A DNA stretch of 64,000 bases from Paraspadella gotoi (taxonomy: Eukaryota; Animalia; Chaetognatha), in the NCBI GenBank assembly GCA_051294375.1, contig CM119269.1, forward strand, positions 2,145,601 through 2,209,600, read 5' to 3'. The first letter of the stretch is position 1. Each line of letters begins with the position of its first letter. The notes under the pieces were generated by a model. That model did no database searches. It was not told the DNA's origin and saw only the letters and a program-made list of their open reading frames with translations. The position numbers and the translations under genes were made by a program. This document shows positions 28,126-41,296 of the stretch, piece by piece.

Positions 28126-29221
28126 CGCGTTTTAAAATCATTCCTCGTTTTCATGATCCTCAGTCCCCGATTATCCTTCTACTCTTACCTAACCCATCAC
28201 CTAAACCCATCATAAAAAAAGAAAAAAAAAATCAAAAAAGAAAAAGAAAAGGCAAAAAAATCAAGTCTCCCATCAGTTGTTCATCAAATAATTCTTCTAA
28301 AAATGCAAAATTTACTTCATTTTTACTTTATAGTAATTTTGCAATCATGATATATATAATAAATATATATAAAAGTCAAGCAACAACAGAAAGAAAGAAG
28401 AGAGAGAGAAAGAGAAGAGGAAGAGAGAAAAGAGAGAAAGAGAGAAAAGAGAGGAAAAGAGAAAGAGAGACAGAAATAAATGAAGAAAGAAAGAAAAGAA
28501 GAAAGAAGGAAAGAAAAAATAAGAAAGAGAAGAAAGAAAGAAAAGAAATAAAAACAGGAAAGAAAAAAGAGAACAAAAACCGGTTAGGACTGAATAAAAT
28601 CGGGTGCGAATTCTGTCAAACTCGACAAGAAAACAAAAGGCACAACGTTCACATCAATATTATAACGAGAATCTTTCTTCGTCTTTGTTGTTGTTGTTGT
28701 TTCATTGTCGTCGTTGTCGTGTTTATATCGATTTACTCTTTTAAACGAAACCTCTACAAAGCAAGAATACTACTATAAACTTTAAGAAATAACATTTAAA
28801 TTAACATATGTATTTATTCCTCCACTCGCTTAACAAAGAAAAAGATTTAATTTCGAAAAATTAACAACGAAATTTCTACCGACGAGATTTTTTACCTTCG
28901 CAACTGAAACGAGCATACAGAATCGATTCACAAAATTTTTTTTTCGTTCACCGTCGTGATCCTCCTGTTCGCGAAAGATAATCGATTCACCGTATGGATT
29001 ATTGTTGTTTTGAGTCTCTCTCAATCTCTTTTTATTTGCTTTAGATATTCTCTTTTCTTTTCGCCTATTTCTTCTCTCCTCTCTCTCTCCTCTCTCTCTC
29101 TCCTCTTTTCTCTCTCCTCTTCTCTCCCTTTTCTCTTCTCCTCTTTCTCTCTCTCTCTCTCTCAATCATCTCTTCTCTCTCTCTCTCTCTCTCCTCTCTC
29201 TCGTCTCTCTTCTCTTCTCTC

Positions 29222-29259
<38 letters not shown>

Positions 29260-29975
29260 TCCTCTCTCTCTCTCTCTTCTCTCTCTCCGTAACAAAACAA
29301 CATGGAGGAATACAACGATTCGACATGGTCACTTATCAAGCTTAATAAGCACCATTGTATAAATAGCCAAAGAAACAATTTACCTTCCTACATCTCGGAA
29401 TTGACAAAATTTACAAATTTAATTGAATCCTGTAAATATCTTTTTTTATATCATTATACGAAAAAAAAGAGAAATTAAAAACAGATTAAATTCACTTATA
29501 GATTTTTACAATTTCAACTTTCTCCAAAAAACTTTTTTGGAACCATCGTGGAAATTTCGTCGGGATTCGATCCGAGACGAAGACACGACGAAGACAACAC
29601 GACGAAGACTCGTTTCGTCAACGAAGGAGAAAAGATTAAAGGCGACGACGATTAATTAAGACGACGAAAACTCGATCAACTTTTGACCGAAAACGGAAAA
29701 AGGTCGTCGAGCGACTTTTTTTTCAAAGGAACAAACGACAAGTCAGATTACGACAATATTTCGGATTCCCGAAATTTCCTTCCCCCCGTTACTTTGCCGC
29801 GAAAGATAGTCTCAAGTCCTCATTTGTTCTTTTAATTTTCATTGCGAGAAAAAAACTAAACACTTTATTGCGTACTAGTGTTAAAACATATCCTGTGAAA
29901 ACTAAAAGAAAAGTTATCTCTCGACGAATGTCACGGTGCGGCATTCCGTTCGACCTCCTGACGTCGTCGTCCCCC
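24530..29975 (-). repeat. Third, partial inverted copy of ~5070-10330, ending just inside the Ig gene start
   Basis: Collinear reverse complement of the MITE, the 8.3-9.6 kb segment, GA tracts and the first codons of the Ig gene (ATG at 29928, MSRCGIPFDLLTSSS), then an N gap. Confidence 0.9.
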
Positions 29976-31255
29976 TTCATCCTCTTCTTTTTTNNNNNNN
30001 NNNNNNNNNNNNNNNNNNGTTGGCGACGATCAGAAGGGTCGCGAGTTCGAATCCTCTTCGTTTATATTGGTTGAGAGTTGTAATAAGAGAGCCGGATTTT
30101 TGAATAAGTTCGACTACTCTGTCACCCATGTAGTTGGACAAATAAAAACAGATGTATCGGGAAACAACTCAACTGCTGATCGAGCTATCTTCTTCCTGCT
30201 TGCCAGATCTTGGTATTGTAATGACAACAACAACGACGACGACGTAAACAATCAAAGGCGTAATTACTACTTTTTGTCGAAGAAGAGATAACCATCGTCA
30301 AATTATTTTTTTTTCCTCTTCGAAACACAAAAGGAAAAGTATCAGGTTTTCTTGGAATTTTGGAAAATTTCCAATCGGGTAACAAAAGGCCCTTTGGGAA
30401 GGAACGAAGCGGTGGTGAGATGGAGCGAGGATCTAGGAAAGTTTAGAGGAGCGGGATAAGAGGTGAACAGGAGCATAGTGTGAATAAAAATAGAGCTAGT
30501 GCTAGGCTGTAAAAATGTTAGCTGTAAAAATGTAAAATTGAGCGACTTCTGCTCTGAAAACGTGAGCGAATCTGAGAGAAGCAAAGGATCAACTGTCAAC
30601 TGGAGCGAGATTGGAATGATAAGAGAAGCAAAGTGAGGCGGACGGGCAGGTGATGGTCGGAGCCGAGGATCGGGCGAGCCGGAATCGCGAGCGCGGTGAG
30701 TAATGTGGGTCGATCCTTCGATCCTTCGATCGACGGAAAACGTGGATGACAGCGAGACTCCGTTCCCGCTTGAGTTTCGATGAAGAAAGGAAGGGAAATT
30801 ATGGTTGAAAAGAAAACGTGAGTGTGGGAAACGCCGATATTTTTTTTTAAATTGTAAATTAATGAATCGTATCTATCTTAAAGGTGAGAGAGAATTCAGT
30901 TCAGTAACTTTCTTGTGAAAATCCGCCGCAGAAGCGGCAAAACGATCGCTGTTGAGTTGAAAGAGTTGAAATCACGACGATAGAATTCACTGAAATCAAA
31001 TGAAGATGTTGACTTCGCGTTTCAAATATTACGACCCCCGTTTAAAGTACACAATCTTTATAAAAGATCAAATCAGATAACGTATTTTTTTCGTACGTAT
31101 TCAAAACAATGCTTATTTGTTCCTTTTTATTGTTAAACTATTATTCTACATTTGTTGCAAGAATCTATATACATTTTATATTACTACTTTATCTAAACGA
31201 ATTTACCAATAAACCGCGCGTTCATTGTTAGGTTCCAAACGGAAGAACAAAAAGG

Positions 31256-32734
31256 ATGTCGCCCTCTCTAGAGCCGCTTCAAAAAATCCCGTCGGGGGCG
31301 TTAGCTTTGATCTGCACCCATGCGTTGAACATCTTCGACATCGGCACTGACTTACACAGTGTGCAATACACACCGCCTTCTTTTTCTATTTAAGCAATGT
31401 GACCCAATCGTTGGGAAAGAGCCTCTTCGCCATCTTGGTCGTCCACAATATGATATCTACTTTGCACGGAATTCGTAGACACCGGATCGCTTGCCATCGA
31501 CTCGCCGGGACTTACCCAAGAATGGTGGCCACTCTGGTGCTGTATTTGGTGGGACTGGCGTCGCTGCCTTTCTCCGTCGATACTTATTTGGATAAAATAA
31601 AATACGAAAGAGACGCTGAAAAACAAATGAGCGACTCAATCGAAAAAAATTATAATGAAAAAAATCAAATTGAAAATAATGATGTGAAAGAAATTGGTTC
31701 TGAGAGAAACAATAATCATAATGGTAATGATAACAAAAATATATTCGCCGAATTAATTGTTAAGGAAAAAAAACTTAGGGAAGATTAACGATGAAAATAG
31801 AAAGAGAATGGAAAAGGATTTTGGGGAAAAATCTCAAGTTTGATGTGAGAACGTTGCCAATGCAAAGGCCTTAATTTTGAGAAAATTTGTGCCGATGGAG
31901 AGATGAATATTCGAAAAGAAAAATGCAGCAGAATACATCGGGTAAAAAATGGCGCCTTTGATGATAGTCAATCAGATGTGCTAAAAAATGACATTAATGA
32001 ATGCGACGTTATCCTACGGACTGATCTTGGCGGAGATGAAAATAAAAATGAAAAGGATATCGGTGTTTATCGTCAAACCAATAAAATGTATTTAATCCTT
32101 AATTAATTTGGTTTTGAATTATTATTCATATAAATACGTATCTCAAAAAACTTCTTAACAAAAATTGCCTCTTACACAATTGATAGTCGATAAAGGTCCA
32201 AAAAAGTTGCCGGATCTCGAGAAAGATGGAAGAGGCGTCAAGAAATCTCCTGACATTCGCATATTTTAAAGAAATGTATTTCTTCTCATTCTGCCTGTCT
32301 AGTGTCTACAGTCCCATCATTGAATGTCCTTTTTTTATTGGCGGAAACTTGCGGGAAACTTGCATTGCGTATTAAGATGTTATGTATTGTTTGTTTTACG
32401 GCAGGTTATTTTTTTTATTTTGGAATGTCACTTCAAAACAAAACTAGAAATTATAGAAAGGGGGAAAAATTATGAAAAGCGATTTCGATTTGATGGTAAT
32501 ATTTTCCATGCAGAATTTGCTGAAGTGCAATCACAGAATTTAGATATTTATTCAGATATTAGAACAATACTTTATCATTGCGCCTGGGACGTGGGGGGAA
32601 TTATTATCAGTTATGCCTATTTTCAAAAATTGTTTTTTGATCTCAAACATGAAGCAAATGATTGGGTTTTTAGAGATATTCCTGAACTATCAATTTTGTT
32701 TTTTTTTATTCCAGTTTTTCTGATTCTTATGTAA
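31256..32734 (+). pseudogene. Truncated, frameshifted paralog of the adjacent XKR-like gene
   Basis: MSPSLEPLQKIP...LNIFDIGTDL matches MMPSLGPLPKLP...LNILDVGTDL; LVGLASLPFSVDTYLD matches LLGLASLPFSIDAYLD; 3' end ANDWVFRDIPELSILFFFIPVFLILM matches ANEWILRDIPELNIIFLLIPIILFLM. Frameshifts and stops; middle exons absent. Confidence 0.8.
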
Positions 32735-33684
32735 ATTTGAGAGCTCCGTATGTTCAATAGGTCTCCATTTCTTCTTTTAAACTAATTAAATGTTTGAGTC
32801 GTTGCGAAACAGAGACTTTCTTATATTGCATTCTAATGATGATCTAAAGTATATATTAAAATAGTAACAAAGTTATGAGAAAAAAAAAGCTGTGCTGACA
32901 CTGTGATCACCTAACCTCATTTATGGTCATGTGACTGCCAAAGTAAAAAACATTCATAAGTTGCGTATAGTCTTTTTCAGCTGACTTACCGCCTTATTGG
33001 GTTGATGAAAAGTTTGATTTGTATGATTTTTTTAAAAATGTCTTTATACATGCATGCATGATAAATGTCAAAAATTAAATGGAAATTTTTCTGAAATTTA
33101 ATCAAATATTTTTTTTGCATTATATAGTTTAAAAAAATAATTTCAATAATCGATACATTTTTGTAAAAAAATATGTTAACAGAATTCTGAATACTGATAA
33201 CGGTTGGAGCTAACAATAAGAAAGTGGATTTCAACAAAGTGACTGTTATAATAGTTATTCATTATACTCCAGATTTAACTGTTATATCCGTAAGTTTTAA
33301 ATACAAATAGTTTTTTTCTTTCTTTCCTTAGTAGTATAAGCAATAATAAAGCAAACTTTTAAAATCTGTTTGTAAGTTTCCTAATACGATTTATCTTGAT
33401 CACTATTTCTCTATTATCACGTTCTCTAATTTACGCTAGAATAAACTTGTCTTTTCTACTTCAAGATTCAAAAAGTAAAATTTGGAAAAAAAACAACATT
33501 AATCAGCAATATTCATTTGTTAAATGAGATACGGGAAAAGGAGTCTAAAGACATCAAATCGATACGTCGCCCACTCAGATTACTCAACAAAGGCTCAACT
33601 TGTTTTTATCATTCTTAAGGTAGAAAAAAAGTGCTCCAAACACTTTATTCGTAGTATTAATCTCCGAAAACCCATGGAAGAAGC

Positions 33685-36600
33685 ATGATGCCCTCTCTCG
33701 GTCCGCTCCCAAAATTACCGTTAAACGCGATCGCTTTGGTTGTGAGCAATGTTTTAAACATTCTCGACGTCGGCACAGACTTGCAAACGTCGTACTTGTA
33801 CTATTCCAACCGCGTGACTAATTCGGTGGGATTTGCTCTTTTTATCATCCTAGCCATCCACAATTTGGTCTCAACTTCTTACGGAATTCTCGCAATCATC
33901 CGGAATCGTGGGTCTTACCATCGATTGTCCGGGAATCACCCCAGGTTGTGCGTCACTCTGGTGATTCATCTGCTTGGGTTGGCGTCTTTGCCATTTTCCA
34001 TTGATGCTTATTTGGATGAAAGAGAAAAAGAAAGAGATTGGGACGAAAAAGAAAATGACGAAGAAAACGAAATTTCAATTAATGAAAACGCGCGCAATGA
34101 GGGAGGTCACTGTGTAAAAAATGGTATGGAAGTTGGTTTTATAAATGACGTTCATGCCAGCAAAAATGTGCCTAATAAAGAAGAAACAAGAAATGAAAAA
34201 TCAGTGCTTAAAAGTAAAACCAATGACAATGAAAAACGCAATCGACTCGTCGAATTTGAAGGAGCTGAACTTAAAAATACCTTTATAGAAGTCAAGAGTT
34301 CAAATGAAAAAAAGTTTATTCAGAATGATGAGCATACAACATCACATCAAGTTAAAAACCCTATTATTGATAAGTATGATATAAGGAATATTGATGATAT
34401 TACCGATCTTGTTGAAGTTGACCATGAAAGGATTAAAAAAAAAGATGTTCGTCATCAAAGCCGTAAAATGTATTTACAACAAATACAAAAATGCCACTTA
34501 CGTTACTTACTATTTGTAAAATATCTTTTGATTAGTTTCCAGAAATCTGTCAACCTTTCTCGAGCGACTTTGATTCCATCATATCTCTTCGGTCGTTTCC
34601 CTTCTTTTATTTTCTTTCGATCTCCTCTCTCATTCCTTGCAGATTCTTTAATTCTTCTCTCTCTCCTGATTAGAGGTTAACCTTAATTACCTTTAAGCGG
34701 TTCCTCATTGGCCCACTAACTCTTATTTTTAAAGCTAGTCTTTTATTATTTTTTTTTTCGATTATTATGAACTGAATCCATTTCCAGCAATGCATTGTTG
34801 GAAATGATAATATTTATTTAAAATTTGAATTTTATACGTCGTAAGTGCATTTTTAACGTTTTTCGGCCTTTCACAGTTATCTATTTGAAAAGGCAGAGGT
34901 AGAAAACTACCTTAATTTCATCCACTGCTTTGTTGAAGCTTTTCCTCAATCATTGGTCACTATTTATGCCTTTGTTTGGAAATTGACTGCTGGAAACGAA
35001 GAACAGTGCATTCCTTCTTGCTTCGACAATACTCAAGAGTACGAAAAATTCAAATTTGTTTTGTTTTATATACTTAAAAAAAAAACTTTTTTTAAAACAA
35101 TTCAACATTTTTTTAACAAAGTTTGTTACAAGAGCAGACAGACTGTTTTCGGCTCACAGTACAAGCCTTCATCAGCGCATATGAGTTGTGAGGTTGATAC
35201 AAGTTTTTAATTAAAGAAAGAGAAAGAGAGAGAGAGAGAGAGAGGGTTAAAGGTTTCCAACAAAGAATTGAGTAAGGACAGTGATCAGTGGTGAGGACAG
35301 ATTTTTAAAAGTGGCTAAGTTTGAATAAGTTTTGAAAAGAAGTGAAACTTTGTTAATCTCTCAAACAACGAAAAAAGAAAGGATAATTACCATGAACATT
35401 TTTTAATAGACTCATGCTGTAGAATTCTATTTAATCATTTACTAGGTTTGGAACAAATATCAAGGTATGCCTTTGGATTAGGGTTGAATATTATAGCAAA
35501 AATTACTAAGTTTAAATCTTAGAGATAAAAGAGAAGAAATGGAGTGATTGTAGAAAGGAGAGCCGATTTTGAATGTCTGGAAAAAGTAAAAATATTTTTT
35601 TTTACGTATAAGCAGCATAAGTTGATTTTGAATATTAAAAAAAAATCGATGAATCATAACCTACTTTATAAAAGAGGCTATCCCAATCTGTTTATTTCAA
35701 TTTTTTGATTTAGTGAAATAGCCGAATGTGTAAAACAAAAATTTTGTTTAAGCTGGAAACATTACTAGTTTTAAAAAATAATAGCCTGGGAATCTCACGG
35801 AAATCTTAAACTACAAAGAAATAGTAGTAAGCAGGTTTTTGTGGCACCACCGGTATTTAACCTAAAGAAAACATTTTAAATTTTTTTTCAACCAACTAAA
35901 GTTTTTATTTACTGCACTATTTTAGAAATTACTGCTTAAACGGGACAATTTTCAAGATAATCGGCTCTGTGAACGACACCGGGCAAAATTGCGAATGCGT
36001 ATCCGAGTCCATAGGACGTCACGATTACTACTTCTGCAAGTGGACTATTTCGGAATTTGTCCCGCTTGTTTCCCTTGCGTCCTCAACGCTCAGTTTGGCA
36101 CGAATCGCAGCAAACTATCGCGCATCATCGTTGGCTTCGTTGTCTTCCTATTCAATATCGAATTCTATTTTGAATTTCGTCATTGCGCTCGGCACTCTCC
36201 AAGGGGCTTGGGGTATGACCGTAGCTTTATATATTATCTATTCATCTTACATCAAATACTACAAGTTTTACATCGTGTTCCCTCCGCTTTTGATATTACG
36301 TCTTTTTACTTTCTCCGAAATAAGTAATATTGTAAAGAAAATTTGTAAAATCGACTTGGGAGTAGGAAAAAAAAAGCGCGCGTCTTTGCTGCAACTAGAC
36401 GCTATCATTTTTTTAAACCTATTATTTTGGTCTTTTGTACAAACAGCAAGAAAACATTCCAGGTATAACGGAGCAATCGGATTTCACTCAGAAAATAAAA
36501 TAACGAGTTGGGCTTTGGTGTTCGATGAAACTGAACATTTTCCAATGATTATAACAAAACGACGACGGACACGAGGAGGTAATGCAATGACAAATAATCC

Positions 36601-39104
36601 CTGCATCGAGGTTATAAACAATAGATACTTCAAAGATTTGGACCTGAAGTTAACCAGGTAAATGAAAGGGAAAATTTTTTTTTTAGTACAGGGTAGTGAA
36701 TCAAAACTTAGAATAGAATTCACCATTAGATTTCAATGACAAAAATTAATGAATTTTATTTTATAATACATCAAAATAATCACTGATGTTTTTTCTCTCT
36801 GATAGAGGTTTCATTTTTTTCATACTCGAACAATACTCCACTCCTCTCTTATTCTCCTCTCCATTTCTCACCATATTTTTCCCCCTTTCTCTCTTCTCTA
36901 TAATATATAATATATATGCACAATGAGTAGGCTGGTACTCAGCTGAATAATACAATCTAGGCGAAAGGTATATTACATTTTTAGTAGAGGATATCTACTC
37001 AACAAGTTATTTAATTAGATAATTAATTAATAAATAATAATAAATTAATTAATTTGATCCTAAATATTTGTTTTTAGGTCTTTTTATCACTGACCACGAC
37101 AAAAATAATGACGATGATGGCGACGACGACAATGCCAATAATGATTGATTGGATTGTTTGATTGTTTGATTAAATAATTAATTGATCAATAATTTGATTG
37201 ATTGAATAATTAATTAATAGATAAATAAATTTATTGATTCAATAATTAATTATTAATTAATTGATTAATTTATTAATTAACTGATTATTTATTTGATTAA
37301 TTAATATATCTTGAATTTACATTTAATATAAAAATAAAAAGAAGCATAATTAATGAAACAGGTTTTTTGTTTTTTCCCTTTAAACTCATTTCCACTCAGA
37401 AGATTCCATCAAAATTTGATTTCCAGCTTAATCACACACTTTCCTACCCACATACGGAATTACAAGTCAATCGCCCCATCCACTCATGAGTAATTGGCGT
37501 TCAAATAATAAAATATATTTCCATTTAAACTCATTTCCACTCGCACGATTCTATCAAAACTTCATATCCAGCTCAATCACACGCAAAATTTCATTCCAAT
37601 CCATCCATCCAATCACGAGTAATTGATGTTTTTTGCTAAAGTAGGATGAACAGATGGACGGACAGACAGAACGACATCATTTTTTGTTTTGTTTTTTTTT
37701 GCATAATTTATCATAATTCGAGGTTTTAAAATTCTTACTGCAATATAAAAAATCAAAATCATTAGACCAAAAAGCACAACTGCAAGCAGTAATCGATGCT
37801 GAGGGAAGCATACCAAATATAAAATATGTTTAACCCATGTTTTATATATTTTAGATAAAATAAATTTTTTAACAATTATGTGATATACTTTTTGCCAAGA
37901 TGGTAAGCACGATAACTGCGGCGCAAACTTTCTGTTGTAATTTTTTTTTCTTTTTTTAAGGTATTACAATAATTACGTTTTTAAGCATCATACTTGTGAA
38001 AAGAAGATACGCAAACGGCTAAAAATGGGAAATTACCTACTCTTTCACGCTAGTTACTCTGTTCATCTTGTCTTCATTTCTATTGATTATCTCCTTGGAT
38101 TCGCGTACCTCTGCCTAGTAACTCTTCTACATCGACAGTTTTGTCGAAATTTTTTTCATTATTTTGGGATGATTATTATTCTCGTTCTATTGCTGTTAAA
38201 TTTACAAAGCTCGGTTAATTTCTCGAAGGCTTGCGATTTTTTAAATCACGAAGTGGGCGTTTCGAATTTGAAAGGCATCAATGGCTTTCATGATTGGATA
38301 TTTACCTTCAGACCTCCTCGCTCTACGGATTTTGCGAGACTCAAAGAAAACCTTTACTCAAACGGATCTGTGGTGGCGAATATCTGGATGGCGCTGATCA
38401 CAGCGGCGACTCTTAGGATGAAACGGAATCTCGTCCGAAAATTTCGACGGGGATCGAAATTGCTTATCGCGTTTTCTTTGAGTTACGTTGCGGTATCCAT
38501 CGTTATTCCTCCATTGATAATTTATTTTTGTAATGAGGATCGCCTTCGGAAACGCTTCGTCTGGGAAGTGCAAAAAAATTGCAAAACAACGAGCCAAATG
38601 CAAAAAGCGTCGAGAAATTTAGTAACTTATGCTTATTTGAAAGAAATGTACTTTTTCTTCCTGTGTCTCTCAACGATGCCTTTTTTGAATTTTACTTATA
38701 TAATGGCGGACACTTACCAAAAATTTAAAACTAAGAGTTTATGCGCGCTAATTTTTACTTCAATTTACTTCTTGGTATTGAAACGACATTTTAAACTCAA
38801 ATTAGCAATAAAAGAAAAGAACAAAAATTATGAGCTTTTTCATAAATGGAATGGAAATTTTTTCAGTACAGAATTTGCTGAAATTGAATCGGGAAACTTG
38901 GATATTTTTGTTTATACTGATTTTCCGAAGATTCTATTTTATTGCGCTCGTAATTTTAAGCATATTAATGTTAATGTCAGTAAAGGCAGATTTGAAAAAA
39001 TTTTCAGAAGTATCAACCCTAAAGCAAACGAATGGATTTTGAGAGATATTCCTGAACTGAATATCATTTTTTTGCTTATTCCGATTATTTTATTTCTTAT
39101 GTAA
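33685..39104 (+). CDS. XK-related (XKR-like) multipass membrane protein, 4 exons: 33685-34469, 34877-35038, 35926-36657, 37961-39104, ~940 aa
   Basis: XK-family-like motifs LDVGTD in the first TM, HCFVEAFPQSLVTIY (cf. FLESAPQLILQLY) and SLASSTLSLA. All three GT-AG introns are phase 2 and the joined length (2823 nt) is a multiple of 3. Confidence 0.7.
35135..35180 (-). ncRNA. Minimal type I hammerhead ribozyme-like motif (Penelope-type) in XKR intron 2
   Basis: Minus strand reads GCG CTGATGA A GGCTT gtactgt GAGCC GAAA ACA GTC TGT: core boxes, 5-bp stem II, GUC site, weak stem I. Confidence 0.5.
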
Positions 39105-39429
39105 ATCTGAGGTCTCGTCTCTGACTTAACCTTGGACACGGTATTATTAAATTACTTATAATATACGCTTGAAGTCTTTTTTCTGCATTGTATCTTTCTA
39201 TCTTTTATTTAGCTTTGCTTTTAAATATGCTTTCAATTTTTACAATTACATTCTTTATTTAGCCGAGACGCATTCTCATTTGACTCCTCCTCCTCCTCCT
39301 CCTGCTTCTCCTAATTAGATCTCCGAAAATGCATGATTTATAAATGGATGCCTTTTTCCGTAACGAATTTTCTTTTTATTCCACCTTTTTTAGTAATATG
39401 TAGCGTCTTACGCATGACTAAAAATATGA

Positions 39430-39545
39430 AATTGGTACAACCAATATAAAAATTATCCATTCATTTAATAAATAAGCTATCTTGCCCCTGACTTTGGACA
39501 GGCTTTGGTGGTTTAAGGCCTCCATCACTCTTACAAGATAATGAC
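39430..39545 (+). repeat. Dispersed ~115-bp repeat (copy 1)
   Basis: AATTGGTACAACCAAT...CTGACTTTGGACAGG...GGTTTAAGGCCTCC recurs at 50582-50705; its first ~22 bp recur at ~59885. Confidence 0.8.
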
Positions 39546-39905
39546 ATAGCAGGTCCCTGCAAGCTTTCAATCAAGACTCTCTCACGGTTTCTCTAGTTAA
39601 TTACTATTAACTAGAGAAATTTTATCGATTAAATCTGAAACAGAATTTCATTTTGAATATGAAATATGAAATCAAAATTTGTTTTAAGGTAGACGTTCAA
39701 AGCATCTAGGATCGTGATAGAGAGTGAGAGAAAGAAAAATAAAGAAAACAGTAAAGCAATAGTAATGTAAAATGAAAGATGATAGCTGTGGTCGTTGATG
39801 GAATAGGCTCGGAGATGGTGAGATCCTGAAACGATCAAAGTCGAGAATGGACTTCCTGGAAGCATCAGTTCTTCCTTTAAGAACAAGAATTGCGACGAGT
39901 AAATA

Positions 39906-40656
39906 CCCCGTGTCAGTTCGCGAGTGACACCAAAAAAATGAATACCATTCCTCATTGGATGAATATTTTTTTAAAATTGTTTTCTCTTATTCTATGGCAA
40001 AGTACTGGACGTTTATTATATTTTAAATTTTTTAATTTCATAAAATTAATTTTATATTTACTTAGGTAAAATAACCTTTCTTTAATGGTTACTAAATTTC
40101 ATCTTCAGAAAAAAACTGAATTAAAAAAAAAAATTATTATAAATTAATTACTCATTAATTATTTAAAATTATTGAAATTCATTTACTCCATTAAATGAAG
40201 CATTAACTGGGAATCCTTACGATATAAAATAATTATTCAAGACAATAAAAAACATGGTCAGGACAGAATTTTTTTCATTTGGACTAATTGTACAAAAAAA
40301 ACTTAAGAATTATAAATAAAAAAAAAAATAAAAAATTATTACTCAAAAATTTCTAAACATGACTATAATTCCGATACGCCATTTATTATACCATTAATAG
40401 GGATTTCTTATAATATAAAATTTTTATTTAATGCAATTAAGAACACGCCTAAAATGTTCTTTTTTCGCCAAATTGACTGTGTTAGATAAAAAATTAAACA
40501 AGTATAGTAAATGAATTAAACACAAAATGAAGCTTATAGTTATACATAAAAAACGTCAAGTAGTTCTTCAACTAAAGATACACTTATGAATAATATTTAT
40601 TAAATATTTAAAGTATAGTAGAGAATTTTTGGTGTCACTCGCGAACGGACACGGGG
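39906..40656. mobile_element. Non-autonomous Tc1/mariner-type element (MITE), ~750 bp
   Basis: ~30-bp terminal inverted repeats CCCCGTGTCaGTTCGCGAGTGACACCAAAAA / TTTTTGGTGTCACTCGCGAACgGACACGGGG with one mismatch, flanked by TA on both sides; AT-rich non-coding interior. Confidence 0.8.
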
Positions 40657-41121
40657 TACATACGATTTTCAAAATATAAGGCGATAGCGACGACGACGAC
40701 GACGACGACGACGCTTTGCAATTTCACAGTCATGACGAAAGTCAGGTTTTTTTGTTGGTTTTTTGGGAATTTGTTCTTTAGTCTGTTCGCCTGTTGTCCG
40801 TTCATTCGTTCTCACGTTTGTTAACTAATATTCTTACTTGGGTATTATCATTCTCTTTCGAAATACGTATCTCATAACTTTAAATCCTTACCAAGTGTCA
40901 ATTCAATGACTGAAAACAGAAGGTGAGACCATTTCACCGCTGAGGCAAAGTGAAGAATCTTTTAATTCGCGTTCAGCCTCAAAACTCTTTCGCTCGATTC
41001 ATGAAATCAGTTTTTCGTGATGCGAAAATCACCGCAGATTTTTTCGTCGTCGACCTCGAGAACAACAACGACAGAAAAACTTTTACTGGTTCATCAATTT
41101 TTACTTTGAAAACAACTCTGT

Positions 41122-41172
<51 letters not shown>

Positions 41173-41296
41173 GCGTCTGTATTTACATACACATTTGTAA
41201 TCGAATTACTAATAATAATAATAATAATTATTTGAGAAAATTATAAATAATAATTTTTTTTTTAATTTCCGGTTTTCAAAAAAAAAGTCATCCAAC

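Noticed and set aside
30019-30830. Moderately GC-rich segment after the gap
   Set aside because: No recognisable protein or RNA motif in any frame.
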